Part shown: in pieces, positions 19,591-29,478 of the stretch
How positions within the stretch are numbered: position 1 is the first letter of the stretch
Layout: every line of letters starts with the position of its first letter
Source of the DNA: an uncultured Actinomycetota bacterium
GTDB lineage: Bacteria > Actinomycetota > Actinomycetes > Actinomycetales > Kineosporiaceae
Length of the DNA: 64,000 nt
Assembly (NCBI GenBank): GCA_963740575.1
Contig: CAVUET010000003.1
Location: forward strand, 870,887 to 934,886
Direction of reading: 5' to 3'
Translations under genes and position numbers: made by a program
The notes under the pieces: model-generated
Seen by the model: the letters and a program-made list of their open reading frames with translations, nothing else
Told to the model about the DNA's origin: nothing
The model's database searches: none

Positions 19591-21048
19591 TCAGGGCACG
19601 GCCGGTGCGCGCGTCACGGCGCCGACCGACGCGCGGCCCGCGGCGGGCGAGGCCGGGGATGCCGAGCCGCTCAGTGCGGCCGAGCGGACCGCAGCCGCCA
19701 CCGCCGGAGCAACCGCGGGGTCGAACACGCTGGGCACGATGTAGCTGGGGTTGAGCTCGTCCGGCGAGACCACATCGGCGATGGCCGTCGCGGCCGCCAC
19801 CAGCATCCGGTCGGTGATGTCCGTCGCCCCGGCGTCCAGCAGCCCGCGGAACACCCCGGGGAAGGCCAGCACGTTGTTGATCTGGTTGGGGAAGTCGCTG
19901 CGCCCGGTGCCCACCACGGTGGCGTGCTGCTGCGCCTCCAGCGGGTCCACCTCCGGGTCGGGATTGGCCAGCGCGAGCACGATCGCCTTCGGTGCCATCG
20001 TGGCGATGTCGGAGCCGGTCAGCAGCCCGGGCGCGGAGACGCCGATGAACACGTCCGCACCGGCGATGCCCTCCTGCAGCGACCCGGTGAAACCGTCGGC
20101 GTTGGTGTGCCGGGCGATCCAGGTCTTGAACGGGTCCAACCCGTCCCGGCCCGGGTGCACCGCTCCCCTGCTGTCGAACGCCACGACGTCCCTGGCGCCC
20201 TGGCCGAGCAGCAGCCGGATGATCGCCTGCCCCGCGGCTCCAGCGCCGGAGACCACGATCCGGACGTCGCGCAGCGACTTGTCCACCACCCGCAGCGCGT
20301 TCACCAGGGCCGCGAGCACCACGATCGCGGTGCCGTGCTGATCGTCGTGGAAGACCGGGATGTCCAGGATCTCCCGAAGCCGGGACTCGATCTCGAAGCA
20401 CCGCGGCGCCGCGATGTCCTCCAGGTTGATGCCGCCGTACACCGGGGCGATCGCCCGGACGATCTCGACGATCTGGTCGGCGTCCTGGGTGTCCAGGCAG
20501 ACCGGCCAGGCGTCCACGTCGGCGAACCGCTTGAACAGCGCGGCCTTTCCCTCCATCACCGGCAGGGCCGCCGCCGGCCCGAGGTTGCCGAGCCCGAGCA
20601 CGGCCGAACCGTCGGTGACCACCGCGACCGTGTTCCGCTTGATGGTCAGCCGGCGGGCGTCCTCCGGGTTGGCGGCGATCGCCTGGCAGACCCGGGCCAC
20701 CCCCGGGGTGTAGGCGCGGGCCAGGTCATCCCGGTGCCGCAGCTGCACTTTCGGCGTCACCTCGAGCTTGCCGCCCAGGTGCATCAGGAACGTTCGGTCA
20801 CTGACCTTTCGCACCACGACGCCGGGCACCGCCGCGACCGCCTCGGTGATCAGGTCGGCGTGGTTACCGTCCGCCGCGTTGCAGGTGACGTCCACGACGA
20901 TCCGGTCGTAGCGCGACTCCACCACGTCCAGCGCCGTCAGCACGCCGCCCGCCTTGCCGACGGCGGCCGACAGCTCGGCGGTGACCACCCCGGACGTCGG
21001 GGATTCCACCCGGAGCGTGATCGAGTAACCGGGGCTGGGCGCGGGCAT
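19591..21048 (-). CDS. NAD(P)-dependent malic enzyme with an N-terminal ACT domain
   Basis: ACT region [33 protein letters not shown]. Malic enzyme core includes [15 protein letters not shown]...[20 protein letters not shown]...[17 protein letters not shown] Shine-Dalgarno precedes ATG 21048. Confidence 0.85.
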   Translation of the reverse strand: MPAPSPGYSITLRVESPTSGVVTAELSAAVGKAGGVLTALDVVESRYDRIVVDVTCNAADGNHADLITEAVAAVPGVVVRKVSDRTFLMHLGGKLEVTPKVQLRHRDDLARAYTPGVARVCQAIAANPEDARRLTIKRNTVAVVTDGSAVLGLGNLGPAAALPVMEGKAALFKRFADVDAWPVCLDTQDADQIVEIVRAIAPVYGGINLEDIAAPRCFEIESRLREILDIPVFHDDQHGTAIVVLAALVNALRVVDKSLRDVRIVVSGAGAAGQAIIRLLLGQGARDVVAFDSRGAVHPGRDGLDPFKTWIARHTNADGFTGSLQEGIAGADVFIGVSAPGLLTGSDIATMAPKAIVLALANPDPEVDPLEAQQHATVVGTGRSDFPNQINNVLAFPGVFRGLLDAGATDITDRMLVAAATAIADVVSPDELNPSYIVPSVFDPAVAPAVAAAVRSAALSGSASPASPAAGRASVGAVTRAPAVP

Positions 21049-21247
21049 GGGTGTACCTCCTCGGACAGCGGCTGCCGGTGGCCAGCCGCCGGCCGTGAAC
21101 GCCGCGTCGCATCTTGCTGCCACCCTAGGCCCTGCCCCACCGGTCCGCTCGGTACTCGCATGGGCCTGGCGCAGGCGGCGTACCCTCCGGTCAACGAGTG
21201 GATCACCACCGCGGATCACGACCGCGGATCGCTACGGGAGAGTGCTG

Positions 21248-22429
21248 ATGAGCACCAGCCAGCGGGGGCCGGCCGGACCCGTGCCGCTCACCTGCCCGGC
21301 CTGCGGCGCCTCGCTCGACCTGGACGACCTGCAGGGTCGCGACCTGGCCGAGTGCGGCTACTGCGGCAGCGCCGTGAGCCTGCCCGCCGCCCGGACGGAC
21401 GCGGCGGTACCGGCCTCCGGCCGGATCTCGATCCTGGTCGACACCACCGAGGCGCCGTCCCGGTCCGGCGTCCGTCGCGGGCGCCTGCTGCCCTACCTGG
21501 CCACCGTCGTGGTCGTGGTCTCCGCGTTCACGATCAACGCGGTGGCCAGTGGCCGGTCGTCGCTCCGCTCGCTGCTGCCCGGCGGTGGCGACGGCTTCGC
21601 CCGCAAGGTTCAGGAGTTCGGCGGGAAGGGAACGGGGCCCGGGCTGCTCGACGATCCGCGGTACGTGGCGATCGAGAAGGACGGCAGCATCTGGACCGCC
21701 GACTACCAGGACGGCCGGGTGCAGAAGTTCGACCCCAGGGGCGGTTTCGTCCGGGTCATCCAGGTACCGCCGACCCGCGAGGGGTACACCTATCTGGACG
21801 GCCTCGCGGTGGACGGCCACGGCCGGCTCTACGTGTCCCGGGGCGGGCAGATCCTGGTCTTCGGTACCGGCACCGGGCGGCAGGTGGCGACGATCAAGCC
21901 GACCTCGTCCGAGTTGCGGTACGAGTCGATCGCGGTGGACCCGAACGGTGTGCTGTTCGCGCTGAGTACGTCGGCGAGCAGCAACACCCTGGTCCGGCTC
22001 GGCGCCGATGGCCGGCCGGCGCACCGCTGGGAGCGCATCGTCAGCAAGGTCAACGCCAAGGACCCGGCGCTCAGCCTCTCCCTGGCCGTGGACGGGCTGG
22101 GCGAGATCTTCATCTCCAGTTCGTTCGGCAGCCAGGTCTACCGCTACGGCGCGGACGGCGCGTTCGTGGACCGGTTCGGCGAGGCCGGCGATCAGCCCGG
22201 CCAGCTCAGCGACCCGGGCCAGGTCGCCGTGGACGGGCAGAGCCGCGTCTACGTGCACAGCTTCGGCGGCATCGAGGTCTTCGACCGTGGTGGTAGGTAC
22301 CTGGGACGGATCGCGCCCGACTACACCAGGGGCGCGCCCATGGGAGTGGCGTTGGACCGTTTCGGAGCCGTCTACCTGGTCACGAACGGCGGCAAGGTGC
22401 TGAAATACGAGCTCACAGCCAAAGGTTGA
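21248..22429 (+). CDS. NHL-repeat beta-propeller protein with an N-terminal zinc-ribbon and a single TM anchor
   Basis: Zinc-ribbon CPACGASLDLDDLQGRDLAECGYCGS, then a TM helix LLPYLATVVVVVSAFTI. Six-fold repeats of the type YVAIEKDGSIWTADYQDGRVQKFD follow. Confidence 0.7.
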   Translation: MSTSQRGPAGPVPLTCPACGASLDLDDLQGRDLAECGYCGSAVSLPAARTDAAVPASGRISILVDTTEAPSRSGVRRGRLLPYLATVVVVVSAFTINAVASGRSSLRSLLPGGGDGFARKVQEFGGKGTGPGLLDDPRYVAIEKDGSIWTADYQDGRVQKFDPRGGFVRVIQVPPTREGYTYLDGLAVDGHGRLYVSRGGQILVFGTGTGRQVATIKPTSSELRYESIAVDPNGVLFALSTSASSNTLVRLGADGRPAHRWERIVSKVNAKDPALSLSLAVDGLGEIFISSSFGSQVYRYGADGAFVDRFGEAGDQPGQLSDPGQVAVDGQSRVYVHSFGGIEVFDRGGRYLGRIAPDYTRGAPMGVALDRFGAVYLVTNGGKVLKYELTAKG

Positions 22430-22609
22430 CACCGACGTCGGCCGAACGCCTGACTGTGACATGGCCGGTGACCACACGTGCGGCGGTTCGATACCGTTTG
22501 CGCGGCGGCGATCGGTGGATCAGGTACGACCACCGGCGGACGAGGCGGGACGCTGGGACGGGTGCAGACACCCGATGACGAGCTCGACGACGAGAGCCGA
22601 GGAGCACCA

Positions 22610-23611
22610 GTGGGCGACACGACCTCCCCCCGGATCGGGATCCTCGTGCTCGCCTACAACGCGTCGACGACCGTCGTGCCGACCCTCGAGCGCATCCCGG
22701 CGGCCTTCCGCCCCCGGATCGCCGAGATCATCGTCCTGGACGACGCCAGCAGCGACGACACCGCGGATCAGGCCCGGGCCTGGGCGGAGCGGGAGGACAG
22801 CCCGCCCACCCTGGTGGTGCGGCACGAGACGAACCAGGGGTACGGCGGGAACCAGAAGGCCGCCTACACGCTGGCCATCGAGCGCGGCCTGGATCTCGTG
22901 GTCCTGCTGCACGGCGACGGGCAGTACGCGCCGGAGAGCCTGCCCGACATGGTCGAGCCCCTGGTCCGCGGCGAGTGCGACGCGGTGATGGGCTCCCGGA
23001 TGATGATCCCCGGCAACGCCCGACGCGGCGGCATGCCGCTGTACAAGCTGATCGGCAACAAGGTGCTCGCCGGGATCCAGAACCGGCTGCTCGGGATGCA
23101 CCTGACGGAGTTCCACTCCGGCTACCGCGCCTACAGCACGGCGGCGCTGCGTGAGCTGCCGTTCCACCGCAACTCAGACGATTTCGACTTCGACACCCAG
23201 ATCATCATCCAGCTCAAGCACGCGCGGAAACGGCTGGTGGAGATCCCCATCCCGACCTTCTACGGCGACGAGATCTGCTACGTGAACGGGCTGCGCTACG
23301 CCCGCGACATCCTGCTCGACGTGGTCACCTACCGGCTCGTGCTAGGCGGCCGTCGCAGCGTCGACTGGGTGACGCCGCGGCAGGACGTCGTCACCCTGCC
23401 GCCGGCTGAGGCTCGGTCCGGTCAGGTCGGTCCGGTCAGCTCGGTCCGGTCAGGCTCGGTCCGGTCAGGCTCGGTCCGGTCAGGCTCGGTCCGGTCAGGC
23501 TCGGTCCGGTCAGGCTCGGTCCGGTCAGGCTCAGCCCGGTCAGGCAGCGGTTGCTCGGACCGTCGAGCAGCGGACACCGACAGCAGCAGTGCCGCCAGGC
23601 TCAGCAGGTAG
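22610..23611 (+). CDS. GT2-family glycosyltransferase (polyprenol-phosphate sugar synthase-like) with a low-complexity SVRSG-repeat C-terminus
   Basis: Reads IGILVLAYNAS...IIVLDDASSDDT...GYGGNQKAAY...LLHGDGQY...DFDFDTQIIIQ. GTG 22610 is preceded by GAGGAGC. Confidence 0.8.
   Translation: MGDTTSPRIGILVLAYNASTTVVPTLERIPAAFRPRIAEIIVLDDASSDDTADQARAWAEREDSPPTLVVRHETNQGYGGNQKAAYTLAIERGLDLVVLLHGDGQYAPESLPDMVEPLVRGECDAVMGSRMMIPGNARRGGMPLYKLIGNKVLAGIQNRLLGMHLTEFHSGYRAYSTAALRELPFHRNSDDFDFDTQIIIQLKHARKRLVEIPIPTFYGDEICYVNGLRYARDILLDVVTYRLVLGGRRSVDWVTPRQDVVTLPPAEARSGQVGPVSSVRSGSVRSGSVRSGSVRSGSVRSGSVRSGSARSGSGCSDRRAADTDSSSAARLSR
23418..23545. repeat. 18-bp tandem repeat (ggtccggtcaggctcggtcc-like, about 7 copies). 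It encodes SVRSG repeats on the plus strand and EPDRT repeats on the minus strand.
   Basis: Directly visible in the sequence. It is shared by the 3' ends of two convergent ORFs. Confidence 0.85.
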
Positions 23612-24955
23612 TAGTTGCTGAACGCCTGCTTGGACAACAGGGCCGTCACCATCAGGCACAGTCCCAGCGCGGCCGCGAAGCCCGCCGGGGTGCGCGGCGC
23701 GACCCACGCGCAGAGCGCCGCAAGCCCCGCGCCGACCACCAGCGGCAACCAGCCGTAGGTCGACGCCGGCGGCCAGCCGTGCTCCTGCACGGACCACACC
23801 AGCAGGGACTGCGAATCCGCCCGGAACGGCTGCTCGAACTGCATGGTGACCACGCTGTGCCAGAACCCGCGGACGTCTCCACAGCACGAAAGGCACCGTG
23901 ACCAGGGCCCCGCTGAGCACCACCCGGCCGAGGAAACCGCGCAGCCGCGTCCGGTCGATCCGCCCGTCCGCGCCGGTCGGCGCGAGCAGCAGGACCACCG
24001 GCAGCAGGATGCCGAAGTACTGCTTGCTGACCAGCAGCAGGCCCAGCGCGTAGGGCAGCCAGGGGTGGCGGCGGACGGCGAGGTACACCACCACGGCGAG
24101 CGCGCCGACGAGCAGGATCTCGGTCCAGCCGCCGAGGATCTGGTACCACCGGCCGGGTATCAGCACCAGCATCACGGCCGCGGCCCGCCCGACCCGATCA
24201 CGCGCACACAGCCAGGCCAGCACCGCCGCGAGCGTCATCAGAGCCAGCCCGGCGTACCGGACGTCACCGGCGAGGTAGCCGGGCAGCGCGAGCAGCAGGC
24301 TCATCGGGGGGTACGGGAAACCGAACAGCAGCCGTCCGTTCGACACCAGGCCCGGCGCGTAGAACAGCCGGGTCGCCTCCGGCCCGTAGGGATCGGCGAA
24401 GGTCAGGGTGAACGGGTTGTGGCCGTGCAGCAGGGCCGCGCCGGAATCCTGCTGGAACTCCCAGGCGTCCAGCAGGGGTTTGCCCGCCCGGATCGCGATC
24501 ACGAGAACGGTCACCTGCCAGGCGACCAGCAGGACGAAGCCGATCCGGGCCGGCCAGGCCGGGGCCAGGACCGCGACCGCCGCGGCAACGATCATCAACG
24601 CGATGCCGGCGTGCGCGAGCGTCCCCACGGTGGCCGCGTTGTAGAAGATCTGCAGCTGCTTGATCGAGCTGGACACCACGATCGGGACGGCGATCAGCGC
24701 GAGCAGGAGCGCCGGGATCCTGCTCTCGCGCCCGGGCGCCAGCCGCCACCCGAACACCGCGAACGCGGCGAACGGCACCCCGAACAGCAGCAGCCTCAGC
24801 GCCTCGCGTGGTTCGATCGCGGTGCCCACCGCGAGGGCCATCGGGATGCAGGCGGCGATCAGTCCGACCCGCCAGATCGCGCCTTCCGGTGCGGCCGGGA
24901 CGGAACGGCGATCCGTCCCGCCGGACGGCGGCACGTTCACGCTCGCGTGCCTCAT
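23422..24955 (-). CDS. Polytopic membrane glycosyltransferase (GT-C fold, DUF2029/GT87-like) with an apparent frameshift near 23855
   Basis: Multi-TM protein starting MRHASVNVPP... The upstream frame ends hydrophobic at ...VPFVLWRRPRV. The remaining TM helices and the EPDRT tail are in another frame (ORF 23422..23853). A 313-nt overlap of two real genes is implausible. Confidence 0.45.
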
Positions 24956-25155
24956 CCGGTGACACTCCGAACCGCGAGCCGTCTGGTGCAGATCACGGCG
25001 TTCACTATGACACCCGCCCGACGCCCTCGTCAGACCGTCCCGCCGACCCGCGACGGTCCCCGCCCGCGATCCCGCCGCGCCGCGGCCCGGATCTCCTCGG
25101 TTTCTCCACGTGTCACGACTCACCACTGGCGCGGGCCCGGCGGGATGCTGTCGCC

Positions 25156-25791
25156 ATGACCAGCTCGATGACCAACTCGGACGTCGGACTGCCGGCCCGG
25201 CGCGCACGGCTGGGCCTGTTCCTGATGCTGTGGCTGCCGGTGGCCGTCGCGGCGACGATCGCGATCGGCACCGGCTACGTGATCGCGCAGCAGGTGTTGC
25301 GGCAGAACGGCAACGATCCCCAGGTCGAGTTGGCACAGACGGCCGCCGCGCAGTTGAACCAGGGCGCCACCCCCGCCCAGGTCGCCACCGGGCCGGCCGT
25401 CGACCTCAGAACCAGCCTGGCCGTCAACGTGACCGTGCTGGACTCCGGCGGCACCGTGCTCGCCTCGACCGCACGGCTCGACAACGCCGTCCCGCACCCG
25501 CCGCTCGGAGCGTTGACGGAGGCCGGCCGGACCGGCCAGAACGTGGTGACCTGGCAGCCGAGGTCCGGCGTCCGGCAGGCCGCGGTGATCCAGGTGTACG
25601 GCGGTGGCTCGGGCGGCAGCGCGGCCGGTGGGACCGTGGTCGTTGCGCGGTCGCTTCGGCTGACCGAGCAGCGTGAGAACCAGGCGCTGGAGCTGGCGCT
25701 GGTCGGGTTGGTGGCCGCGCTGGCAGGGACGGCCGCCGCGGCCGGGGTCTCGGCCCGGCTGTGGGCCAGGCGTCAGGAGAGTCGATCGTGA
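25156..25791 (+). CDS. Membrane-anchored hypothetical protein
   Basis: Starts MTSSMTNSDVGLPARRARLGLFLMLWLPVAVAATIAIG (TM helix), followed by a soluble domain. Confidence 0.5.
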   Translation: MTSSMTNSDVGLPARRARLGLFLMLWLPVAVAATIAIGTGYVIAQQVLRQNGNDPQVELAQTAAAQLNQGATPAQVATGPAVDLRTSLAVNVTVLDSGGTVLASTARLDNAVPHPPLGALTEAGRTGQNVVTWQPRSGVRQAAVIQVYGGGSGGSAAGGTVVVARSLRLTEQRENQALELALVGLVAALAGTAAAAGVSARLWARRQESRS

Positions 25792-25826
25792 GCCGCACGC
25801 CGACCATGGTCATCGGGCCTCGGCCG

Positions 25827-26126
25827 TCAGGCCACGTCGGTGCGCGGGGTGACGGTGACCGTGAGATCGGCATCCAAGGCTCGCGCGAGCCGGTCCAGGA
25901 CGGGCAACGTAGGCACCGTGCCGCCCGCCTCGAACCGGGCCACCGCGGACTGCGTCATCCCGGCCGCGCGGGCCAGCTGGCTCTGGCTCCAGCCCCGACG
26001 CTCGCGCAACTCCCGGACGGAGCGGCCGAGCTCGTACGCCAGCTTCGTGGCCACGTAGGACTCCACCACGCCGGGCTCGGCCATCCGCCGGTCCCGCAGT
26101 TCAGCCCAGTCGCTGCGCTCATTCAT
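25827..26126 (-). CDS. XRE-family HTH transcriptional regulator
   Basis: Reads LRERRGWSQSQLARAAGMTQSAVARFEAG (HTH_3). Confidence 0.7.
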   Translation of the reverse strand: MNERSDWAELRDRRMAEPGVVESYVATKLAYELGRSVRELRERRGWSQSQLARAAGMTQSAVARFEAGGTVPTLPVLDRLARALDADLTVTVTPRTDVA

Positions 26127-26741
26127 CGTCGTCCTCCTCGGCCGTGTGCTGAGCGGCCACGCATCTCACCGGTGCCCGCCGGGCCCGCGATCCAGGTGGA
26201 ATCGCAGTTCCCGCAGCGTGCCGTCCAACTGCCGGGTGTACGGCTCACCCAGGAGCGGGCCCTGCTCGGCCAGCAGATCGACGTAGAACGCCGTCGTCGC
26301 GAACTGCTGAGCCGTCAGAGCTTCGAGTCAGACACGGACCTCTGGTTCCAGCTCCACGGTACCCAGTCCATAGCATGGATGCTATATGCCATCCCGGCCT
26401 TACCGATCTTGACGCGCCCATGATCCGTATCGTTAACCGGACCAAGGGTCAGCCAGGAACTCCCGGATCGCCTCCAGGTCTTCCGGTTGAAGACCACGAC
26501 GCGGATCCGGCTGCAGCAACATCACCGGGACACCGCTGTTTCGGAGCCTGTCACCCCGGGCCCCTCACCGGGAACCGCGTCATCGTCCGCCCAGATCAAC
26601 GGACGCCGCTCCTGCTCCACTCCTCGGCCAAGGCCGCCCTCGACATCGGCGCGACGCATCCACGGCACCCATAGTGCCGCAACAGATCATCAGACCCCCG
26701 GCAGCCCGAAGGGCGTCGGCTGAGGGCTCCCGAACAGCGAT

Positions 26742-26814
26742 CACGCATCAATGCGGGTCAAGCTCCCGCGACTGGACTCGAACCAGTAACCTGCCGGTTA
26801 ACAGCCGGACGCTC
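26742..26814 (-). tRNA. tRNA-Asn (anticodon GTT)
   Basis: Reverse complement is TCCCGCGTAGCTCAATCGGCAGAGCGTCCGGCTGTTAACCGGCAGGTTACTGGTTCGAGTCCAGTCGCGGGAG. Cloverleaf is consistent, with anticodon loop CTGTTAA. Confidence 0.8.
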
Positions 26815-26950
26815 TGCCGATTGAGCTACGCGGGATCGGCGTCCAGAACTGTACCAAGCCCGGGCGTACCGCTGCGCCACCGGGGCATCGCGCGTCGCAG
26901 CCGTCAGCCGCTGGCGCCGCGGCCATCCGTACAGACTCCACTGCCCGGGT

Positions 26951-27463
26951 TCAGCCGATCCCGGCATCGTCCTGCAGGGCCCTGGTGGCGATCCTGACCC
27001 GCTCGGCAACCTCGGGGTCGTCCAGCCTGACCCCCGGGGACGGCACGGCCTGAGTAGACAGCGCGCCGTCGGCACCCTTACGCACCGCCACCCAGACCGA
27101 GCGGCCGGCGCCGAGCTCGATCTGCTGGGACAGCACGACCGAGGCCCGCACCCGCTCGTGCACGACCTCGGGCAGCCGGGCAGGGTTCTCGAGTTCGAGC
27201 GGCAACGGCTGGCGCGAGCCGACCCACCAGACCGCCAGCGTGCTCGACCCGCCCTCCCAGGCGACGTGATCGACGTCGGTCCACGGCCGGCTCACCTGCC
27301 TGCCGGACGGCGTCACCGCGCGCAGCCCGCCGATGGTCGCCGCCATCACGCCGCCGCCGGCCAGCGGCGACCAGGCCAGCACCCGCTCCCGCGGCTCGAT
27401 CCCGAGGGCCGCGGCGACCTCGGCGGGCGGTGGGCGACGTCCGACACGACCCAGGCCTCGCAT
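26951..27463 (-). CDS. Hypothetical protein immediately downstream of dnaG
   Basis: ATG 27463 lies 5 nt after the dnaG stop. The upstream ORF extension into dnaG was rejected. Confidence 0.45.
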   Translation of the reverse strand: MRGLGRVGRRPPPAEVAAALGIEPRERVLAWSPLAGGGVMAATIGGLRAVTPSGRQVSRPWTDVDHVAWEGGSSTLAVWWVGSRQPLPLELENPARLPEVVHERVRASVVLSQQIELGAGRSVWVAVRKGADGALSTQAVPSPGVRLDDPEVAERVRIATRALQDDAGIG

Positions 27464-27468
27464 CCGCG

Positions 27469-29406
27469 TCACCCTCCGGTGATCCGCTCGCGGAGCTTGT
27501 GCCGGCGGGTCTCGGCGGCCACCAGTGCGGCGAAGACCTGCTGGTGGGAGGGGTCGCCCGGCTCCATCCGCTGCACCCTGCTGTGCAGGATGCCGATCTC
27601 GCGGGTCAGCTCCACCTCCGCCACCCGCAGCACGAGCGACATCGCGTACCGGGCCAGCTCGGCGTCCGAGTCCGCCCGCAGCGGTGCGACCATGAGCTCG
27701 GTGATCAGGCTGGCCACTGTCTGGGGAGCCGCCTCGCTGACCGCGTCCGCCCAGGCCAAGGGGGTCAGCGACTGGGCGCGGGCCATCCCCCCCGCCGCGC
27801 GCACGGCATGGTGCACGGCGCGGAACGCCGGTACCTCGAAGGCGTTCTCGCCCAACGCATCCGCGTCCTGTGCCGGGACGAGCTGCGGTACCTGGAGCAT
27901 GCACTCCAGGGCCTCCCGCTCGACCCGGGCCACCGGGTCACGCGGGTCAGGCCGGTGCGCGGGCGCGGTCTGCCGGTTGGCTCCCGCGGCGGGGCCGCCC
28001 GGCGCGCCGTCCGAGGAGGGGCGCTGGCCGCCGGACCCGTCCCCGCCCGCGCGCCGCCCGTCCGTACCGGACCGCAATGCCTGGCCGACGGCCCGCGCCA
28101 CCGGATCGATCTCCATCCCGAGCCAGCCCGCGAGCCGTCGCCCGTACTCGGGACGCAGCGAGGTGTCCCGGATCCGGGCCACGATCGGCGCCGCCGCGCG
28201 CAGCGCCTCGACCCTGCCCTCGACGGTGTCCAGGTCGAACCGGGCCAGGGTGGTCCGGATCGCGAACTGGAACATCGGCTGCCGGTCGGCCACCAGCTCC
28301 TTGACGGCCTCGTCACCCTTGGCCAGCCGGAGGTCGCACGGGTCCATCCCGTCTCGGGCCACGGCCACGAAGGTCTGTGCCACGAAGCGCTGGTCGTCCT
28401 CGAAGGCGCGCATCGCGGCCTTCTGCCCGGCCTCGTCGCCGTCGAAGGTGAAGATCACCTCGCCGCTGCGGACGCTGTCGTCCCCGAGCAGCCGGCGGAC
28501 GATCCGGATGTGGTCCGCTCCGAAGGCCGTCCCGCAGGTGGCCACCGCCGTGGTCACCCCGGCCAGGTGGCAGGCCATCACGTCGGTGTAGCCCTCGACC
28601 ACGACCACGTGATGGCTGCGGGCGATGTCCCGCTTGGCCAGGTCCACGCCGTAGAGCACCTGGGACTTGCGGTACAGCGCGGTGTCCGGGGTGTTCAGGT
28701 ACTTGGCCGCGATCCGGTCGTCGTCGAACAACCGCCGGGCCCCGAAGCCCACGACGTCGCCGGTCACGTCCCGGATCGGCCAGATCAGCCGGCCCCGGAA
28801 GCGGTCGTACAGCCCCCGCTGGTTCTGCCCGGCCAGGCCCGAGGTCACCAGCTCGTCCTCGGTGAAACCCTTGCCGCGCAGGTGGCGCAGCAGGCCCTCG
28901 CCCGAGCGCGGCGCGAAGCCGACGCCGAAGTGCTCGGCCACGTCCCGGTCGAAGCCGCGTCCGGTGAGGAATTGCCGCCCGACGACCGCGTCGGGCGAGT
29001 CGGCCAGCTGCTCGGCGAAGTACTGCGCCGCCACCCGATTGGCCTCGATCAGGCGCTGGCGCTGACCCACCTGGTCCCGGCGGGGGGTGGCCTGCCCGCC
29101 GTCCTCGTCCTCGTAGCGCAGCTGGTAGCCGAGCCGAGCGGCCAACCGCTCGACGGCCTCGGTGAAGGACAGGTGATCGATCTTCTGCACGAAGGCGATC
29201 ACGTCGCCGTCCTCGCCGCAGCCGAAGCAGTGCCAACGGCCCACCGGCGGGCGGACGTGGAAGGACGGGCTGCGCTCGTCGTGGAACGGGCACAGCCCCT
29301 TCATCGACCCCACACCGGCCTGCTTCAGGGTGACGTGCTCGCCGACGATCTCCTCGATCCGGGCGCGCTCGCGGACGTACTCGACGTCCTCGCGGCGGAT
29401 CTTCAC
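27469..29406 (-). CDS. dnaG: DNA primase
   Basis: Zinc-binding CPFHDERSPSFHV...CFGCGEDGDVIAF. TOPRIM region EGYTDVMACH...FDGDEAGQKAA. Confidence 0.9.
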   Translation of the reverse strand: MKIRREDVEYVRERARIEEIVGEHVTLKQAGVGSMKGLCPFHDERSPSFHVRPPVGRWHCFGCGEDGDVIAFVQKIDHLSFTEAVERLAARLGYQLRYEDEDGGQATPRRDQVGQRQRLIEANRVAAQYFAEQLADSPDAVVGRQFLTGRGFDRDVAEHFGVGFAPRSGEGLLRHLRGKGFTEDELVTSGLAGQNQRGLYDRFRGRLIWPIRDVTGDVVGFGARRLFDDDRIAAKYLNTPDTALYRKSQVLYGVDLAKRDIARSHHVVVVEGYTDVMACHLAGVTTAVATCGTAFGADHIRIVRRLLGDDSVRSGEVIFTFDGDEAGQKAAMRAFEDDQRFVAQTFVAVARDGMDPCDLRLAKGDEAVKELVADRQPMFQFAIRTTLARFDLDTVEGRVEALRAAAPIVARIRDTSLRPEYGRRLAGWLGMEIDPVARAVGQALRSGTDGRRAGGDGSGGQRPSSDGAPGGPAAGANRQTAPAHRPDPRDPVARVEREALECMLQVPQLVPAQDADALGENAFEVPAFRAVHHAVRAAGGMARAQSLTPLAWADAVSEAAPQTVASLITELMVAPLRADSDAELARYAMSLVLRVAEVELTREIGILHSRVQRMEPGDPSHQQVFAALVAAETRRHKLRERITGG

Positions 29407-29478
29407 CGCCAGCTCCCGACCAGGGCCCGGCTCACGGCCGGAGTCTAGAAGGCGCCGTCGGGCTCAGCGCCGTCGGGC

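Noticed and set aside
19513-20401. N-terminal extension of the 1308-aa ORF beyond ATG 19512
   Set aside because: The extension overlaps the malic enzyme gene in another frame, and its translation is Arg/Gly low complexity. The conserved kinase domain starts right after Met 19512.
23418-23545. Possible CRISPR array. The same question applies to the other short tandem repeats at 4467-4650, 6330-6560, 48705-48765, 49459-49510 and 55991-56058.
   Set aside because: The repeats are contiguous 15-30 bp tandem units without unique spacers, and most lie inside coding sequence. No CRISPR-like repeat-spacer architecture and no cas genes were seen.
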